Source of the DNA: a bacterium
GTDB taxonomy: Bacteria > Hinthialibacterota > Hinthialibacteria > Hinthialibacterales > Hinthialibacteraceae
DNA: 64,000 nt
Assembly (NCBI GenBank): GCA_963662285.2
Contig: CAXXMV010000008.1
Coordinates: 384,001-448,000, forward strand
Direction: 5' to 3'
The notes below the pieces were generated by a model. The model was given only the letters and a program-made list of their open reading frames with translations, was not told the origin of the DNA and did no database searches. The stretch's first letter is position 1. Each line of letters starts with the position of its first letter. Positions 59,599 to 64,000 of the stretch are shown here, piece after piece. Position numbers and translations under genes: made by a program.

Positions 59599-62067
59599 AT
59601 GAAGAATAAATCTTTAGTATTGCTCATAATTGGTTTGGTTACCTGTGTATTCGCATGTCCGTCTTGGTGCGGTAGCGAATGGTTAAAAATGAACAGTGGA
59701 ACGAATAAAAACCTTACTGATATTTGGGGCAATTCGGCCAACGATGTCTACGTTGTGGGTTCTTATGGAACCATCCTGCACTACGATGGAAACAATTGGA
59801 GCGCAATGGACAGTGGTACGGAAGAATATCTATCGAGCGTGTGGAGCAGTTCGGCCAACGATGTCTTCGCTGTGTTGGAGACAGGAACCATCCTGCACTA
59901 CGATGGAAGCAATTGGAGCACAATGATCAGTGGAATAGATAAATATCTATCGTGCGTCTGGGGCAGTTCGGCCAACGATGTCTTCGTTGTGGGTTCTTCT
60001 GGAACCATCCTGCACTACGATGGAAACAATTGGACTACAATGAACAGTGGAACGGATGGTTTTATTTTAAACGTGTGGGGCCGTTCCGCCAACGATGTCT
60101 TCGCTGTTGGAGCAGGAATCATCCTGCATTACGATGGAAGCAATTGGAACACAATGGACAGTGGTAATTCTCATATTATTTATGGCGTATGGAGCAGTTC
60201 GGCCAACGATGTCTTTGCTGTTTGCAGAAATGGAGACATCCTGCACTACGATGGAAGCAATTGGAGCACAATGATCATCGGAACAGATGACGATGAATCT
60301 TTATATGGCGTGGGGGGCAGTTCGGCTAACGATGTCTACGCTGTTGGAGATTCAGGAAACATCCTGCACTACGATGGAAGCACGTGGAGCAAAATGAACA
60401 GCAGGACGATTAATTGGTTTGAAGACGTGTGGGCTACTACATCAAAGGTCTTCTGCATAGGCAGCAAAGGAACCATCCTTTACAGACCGCTTCACTGTGA
60501 TCTTGTTCTTAAAGATGCAAATGGAGACCAGTTAAATTTCTATCTAGGGAATTCACAAAACCAAGGTTATTCTTTCTACTATGGAAGTTGGGTATCCAAC
60601 GGCGCCGAATATGATTGCACGTTAGTCTACAATCAATTTGATAAGACAATCACCATAAACGCCGATTATAAAGACAATCAGACCTTCTATTACGCATTGA
60701 AATATGACAGTCCAAGTTTTTTTAATGGGTACTATACGCTTTATAACACCAATAAACCATTCACCGAAACTTATATGCAACTCATTGAAGGGGAATTCGC
60801 TACGACTTCAGCCGCCAAAATATCCCAACGGAACTCAGAACACCCGCAGGTGACTCCACAGCAGGATAATACGCTTAAACTGGGGGCGCTGATTCCCATA
60901 AGCGGCGAGTTGCAATCGCTTGGTGATGCGTTTGCCGCAACCCTGATGCTCGCTCAACAGGATGCGAATACATACCTGAACAATATTGGCAGCGAGTTAA
61001 CCGTCGAATTATTCACCGAAGACAACCAGGCCAACCCCGGCCAGACCTGGCACAGCATCCAGAGCCTGCGCGAACAGGGCGTCGCTGTGTTCCTCGGTCC
61101 GCAGGATAGCCCGTCGCTGGATTACATCAAGCAGTTCGCTGATGAAGAGGATTACCTTCTCCTATCCAGTTCATCAACCGCCGCGGAGATTTCCATCCCC
61201 GATGATAACGTAATGCGCTGCATCAGCGATGATAACTTACAAGCCGCCGCGCTGATCGATAAGATGAAAGCCGACGGCATCGAAGACATCATCATCGTCT
61301 CGCGCACCAATATCTATGGCCACGGGTTTTATCAATCTCTCGAACGGGGATGGATAGCTAATAATGAGACCACCGATCATATCATCGGCGACGTCATTGA
61401 AGACGCCACGGACGTCAACACGGCGGTCACCATATTGTTCAGTCGTCCCGATACTGATATCCCTGATACGCTTGAGTACTTAAAGAATATGCTCAGCGAG
61501 GATGAGTTCTCTGATAAAAGCAAGACAGCCGTGGTGCTGATAGCCTACGACGAAGGCGCCGCGCTTATGGAACAAGCCTCCACAATCGAAGGCCTGGGAG
61601 ACCTGCGCTGGTATGGAACAGATTCCCTCGCTCAGAACAACACTCTAATAAGCAACCCTGCCGCAGCTGAATTCGCGGCAAAAACCAACTTCACCTGCAC
61701 CACCTTCGCCATCCCTGAAAGTGAAGCATATAACGCAGCGCTGGAAAAAGTTACTACCATGTTAGGTCATACGCCGCCAGCCCTGGCTATGATCGCTTAT
61801 GACAGTTACCAACTGGCGGTGCGCGCTTACATCGAAGCGGGGTCAAATGATCCAGCAAGCATGAAAACCGCTTTGCAAAATGTCGCCGAGACTTATGAAG
61901 GCATTACAGGCGATTTGAGTTTCAACGCCAACGGCGACCGGGCCAACGGCGCCTATGAATACTGGACGCTGACCCAGGAAGATGGTCTCTACTATTGGCA
62001 ATCCGATTCCGGCCAAGTCTGGACTGGCGATCCGGTATTAATTCGGGAATGGAGTATTTTTGAATAA
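59599..62067 (+). CDS. Secreted beta-propeller repeat protein fused to a type 1 periplasmic-binding (LIV-like) domain
   Basis: Signal peptide; seven ~39-aa W-SSANDVF-VG--G-ILHYDG--W repeats; KLGALIPISG..GITGDLSFNANGDR domain. Confidence 0.8.
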   Translation: MKNKSLVLLIIGLVTCVFACPSWCGSEWLKMNSGTNKNLTDIWGNSANDVYVVGSYGTILHYDGNNWSAMDSGTEEYLSSVWSSSANDVFAVLETGTILHYDGSNWSTMISGIDKYLSCVWGSSANDVFVVGSSGTILHYDGNNWTTMNSGTDGFILNVWGRSANDVFAVGAGIILHYDGSNWNTMDSGNSHIIYGVWSSSANDVFAVCRNGDILHYDGSNWSTMIIGTDDDESLYGVGGSSANDVYAVGDSGNILHYDGSTWSKMNSRTINWFEDVWATTSKVFCIGSKGTILYRPLHCDLVLKDANGDQLNFYLGNSQNQGYSFYYGSWVSNGAEYDCTLVYNQFDKTITINADYKDNQTFYYALKYDSPSFFNGYYTLYNTNKPFTETYMQLIEGEFATTSAAKISQRNSEHPQVTPQQDNTLKLGALIPISGELQSLGDAFAATLMLAQQDANTYLNNIGSELTVELFTEDNQANPGQTWHSIQSLREQGVAVFLGPQDSPSLDYIKQFADEEDYLLLSSSSTAAEISIPDDNVMRCISDDNLQAAALIDKMKADGIEDIIIVSRTNIYGHGFYQSLERGWIANNETTDHIIGDVIEDATDVNTAVTILFSRPDTDIPDTLEYLKNMLSEDEFSDKSKTAVVLIAYDEGAALMEQASTIEGLGDLRWYGTDSLAQNNTLISNPAAAEFAAKTNFTCTTFAIPESEAYNAALEKVTTMLGHTPPALAMIAYDSYQLAVRAYIEAGSNDPASMKTALQNVAETYEGITGDLSFNANGDRANGAYEYWTLTQEDGLYYWQSDSGQVWTGDPVLIREWSIFE
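59689..60489 (+). repeat. Intragenic tandem repeat, 7 units of 114-123 bp
   Basis: Units start at 59689, 59806, 59923, 60040, 60154, 60271, 60394. Confidence 0.9.
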
Positions 62068-62088
62068 CGATAATCCAATATGTAATCT

Positions 62089-62117
62089 AAAAGCCCTGCT
62101 AATTTTAGTAGGGCTTT
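62089..62117. terminator. Terminator hairpin between convergent genes
   Basis: AAAGCCCTGCTAA-TT-TTAGTAGGGCTTT. Confidence 0.7.
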
Positions 62118-62120
62118 AAT

Positions 62121-63401
62121 TTATTGCAATAAAAATCCCGGTAGGAATAATGAGAAAAATGGGAAAATAGTGACAATCAACAACGCCATTACTTCAGCAA
62201 TTAAAAATGGAATCACAGCGCGGCTCAAGGTTGCAATCTCTATGCGTGAGATGGTAGACGCCACAAATAGGTTCACGCCCACCGGGGGAGTTATCTGACC
62301 TATGGCCATATTAACGGTAAGAATAATGCCGAAATGGATAGGATCAACGCCCACCTGACGCAAAACCGGCATGAAGATGGGCGCGAAAATATAGATAATC
62401 GATACCGCGTCGATAAAGCAGCCCATCACCAACAGAAAACCGTTTATTAAAAGAAGCAGCAAGATTTGATTTTGGCTAATGGTTAAAATCATACGGCTCA
62501 GTTCTTCGGTCAAATGGGTTTGATGAAGCACCCATGAGAAAAGCGAACCTCCCGCAATGATAAAAAGAATCTGCGCCGAACTGCGGCCTGCTTTGACCAA
62601 TAAACCGCTTAAGACTCCCTTTTTGAACAGAGAACGGTAGAAGATAATATCGACTAGAAGAATATATAAAACCGCCGCTCCGGCTGATTCTGTGGGAGTG
62701 AATATCCCTGTGTAGATGCCGCCCAGAATAATCACTGGAGCAATCAGAGCTAGCAGCGTTCCACCGATGACCGACCAGGATATAGGCGCCTTGTTGGAAG
62801 GCGTCAGGTCGCCGCGCGACAAAATCAATACAGCGATGATGAGCGATAAACTGACCAGAATACCCGGTAATACGCCCGCCAGAAACAAACGGCTGATTGA
62901 TGTCTCAGCCACCACGCCATAGATAATCAACGCAATGCTGGGCGGTACGATAATGCCGATGCCGCCGCCCGCCGCCAGCAACGCCGCCGAACGGGGCGCC
63001 GGAAAACCGGACGATGTCAGCAAGGGAAACAACAACACGCCCAACGCCGCAACATCAGCGGGGCCTGAACCTGAGATTCCAGCGAAAAGCAGCGAAACGA
63101 TAACCGCAACCACCGCCGTTCCACCGCGCAGGCCGCCAACCGTAGCGATTACGAAATCCAGCAGACGTTTGGCGAGAGCGCTCTCGCCCAACATGTGCCC
63201 CGCAGTTAAAAACAAGGGGATAGCCAGTAATTTATATGAATCCAGAGCAGAGAAAACCTGCTGGGCGATAATGATCGGGTCTTCCAACCTAAAAGCGAAG
63301 ATTACAGCTATAGCAGAGAGTCCCAGAGAAAACGCCACTGGAACTTCTAGCAACAGTAAAGTAAAAAAAAGTCCAAAAAGAAGCAGAGCAATCCAGATCA
63401 T
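62121..63401 (-). CDS. dctM: TRAP transporter large permease
   Basis: LLAIPLF, GISGSG-AD, IVPPSI, FTPTES, DPIHFG, ITPPVGVNLF. Confidence 0.93.
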   Translation of the reverse strand: MIWIALLLFGLFFTLLLLEVPVAFSLGLSAIAVIFAFRLEDPIIIAQQVFSALDSYKLLAIPLFLTAGHMLGESALAKRLLDFVIATVGGLRGGTAVVAVIVSLLFAGISGSGPADVAALGVLLFPLLTSSGFPAPRSAALLAAGGGIGIIVPPSIALIIYGVVAETSISRLFLAGVLPGILVSLSLIIAVLILSRGDLTPSNKAPISWSVIGGTLLALIAPVIILGGIYTGIFTPTESAGAAVLYILLVDIIFYRSLFKKGVLSGLLVKAGRSSAQILFIIAGGSLFSWVLHQTHLTEELSRMILTISQNQILLLLLINGFLLVMGCFIDAVSIIYIFAPIFMPVLRQVGVDPIHFGIILTVNMAIGQITPPVGVNLFVASTISRIEIATLSRAVIPFLIAEVMALLIVTIFPFFSLFLPGFLLQ

Positions 63402-63614
63402 AATTATCTCAAAACGTTTATAGAGTGAACATAAAATCTAGCCGGATTAAAGTATCTACTGTAGTCCGGCGCGATAATATTTCATAAATAATAAACCAAC
63501 AATCATTACAAAACCGCTCCAAAGGGAGAAATATGGAAGAACATGCGCTATGCTTGTACATTAAAATACATTATGAGATGAATCATTCTATACCCGCCGC
63601 ATAGGAAACAGTGA

Positions 63615-64000
63615 ATGAACGGTTATACAATATTCGCCTTAGCTTTCGCTCCGGGAGCGTTCTGGCTGTGGTATTTTTATAAAAAAGACAAACTGGAACC
63701 GGAGCCGAAATCGCTGATCCTGCGAGTATTCGCGCTAGGTATGCTGGCGGTGATCCCGGCGTTTTTTGCTGAACAGGCGGCGGATTGCTTTTTGTCGCTG
63801 TTCTCGCCGGTTTTGATCCTGATAGCCGGCGCCCCGGTAATTGAGGAGTTGGCCAAATTTCTGGTAGTGCGTTTTACCATTTTCAGAAACAAAGAGTTCA
63901 ACGAACCGATGGATGGAATAGTCTATGCGGCTGCGGTCGCTTTGGGATTCGCTTCGCTGGAGAATTTTGGATACATCAGCACCGCATATATGAACATGCT
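63615..64000 (+). CDS. prsW: PrsW-family intramembrane metalloprotease, 3'-truncated by window edge (absent from ORF track)
   Basis: Manual translation MNGYTIFALAFAPGAFWLWYFYKKDKLEPEP..IEELAK..FNEPMDGIVYAAAVALGFASLEN. Confidence 0.9.
   Translation, partial: MNGYTIFALAFAPGAFWLWYFYKKDKLEPEPKSLILRVFALGMLAVIPAFFAEQAADCFLSLFSPVLILIAGAPVIEELAKFLVVRFTIFRNKEFNEPMDGIVYAAAVALGFASLENFGYISTAYMNM

Noticed and set aside
59689-60489. Possible DGR template/variable repeat
   Set aside because: Differences are not adenine-specific, all copies are in-frame coding, and no reverse transcriptase is present.
59599-63401. Binding-domain fusion as the missing DctP for dctM
   Set aside because: Genes are convergent and the domain is a type 1 LIV-like fold, not DctP-type.
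1-64000. tRNA, rRNA, transposase, prophage
   Set aside because: No cloverleaf, rRNA-like segment, DDE/HUH/recombinase or phage structural motif recognised by eye; tRNAscan-SE/Infernal would be definitive.

Overview
Bacterial chromosomal segment with mid-GC genes and very AT-rich intergenic DNA. The pilin N-terminus, PTPTP linkers and dockerin-like motif suggest a diderm polysaccharide degrader such as Ca. Hinthialibacterota/OLB16 or Sumerlaeota (inference only). It encodes scattered CAZymes (two GH78, GH51, GH88-like, alginate-lyase-like, GH5-like), an etfBA plus membrane Fe-S oxidoreductase operon, a ribose transporter with rbsK, two small toxin-antitoxin pairs, bioF, aroB, iscA with a Cys-tailed MarR, a SurA/PrsA chaperone, an orphan fliG, a decayed cheW-MCP pair, an orphan dctM and a partial prsW. 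The most unusual locus (36.4-48.9 kb) is a secretin/type IV filament-like cluster: a TPR-extended secretin, a PilP-like protein, a PilM-PilN fusion, two paralogous secreted tandem-cohesin proteins with low-complexity N-termini, and a sensor-less sigma54 activator. A cohesin plus dockerin-like protein and two pilins lie nearby. Intergenic DNA holds about five REP-like repeat families (REPIN doublets, a 121-bp tandem array) and a candidate ~70-nt sRNA. I found no rRNA, tRNA, CRISPR array, transposase or integrase. All family calls come from motif recognition, not database searches.
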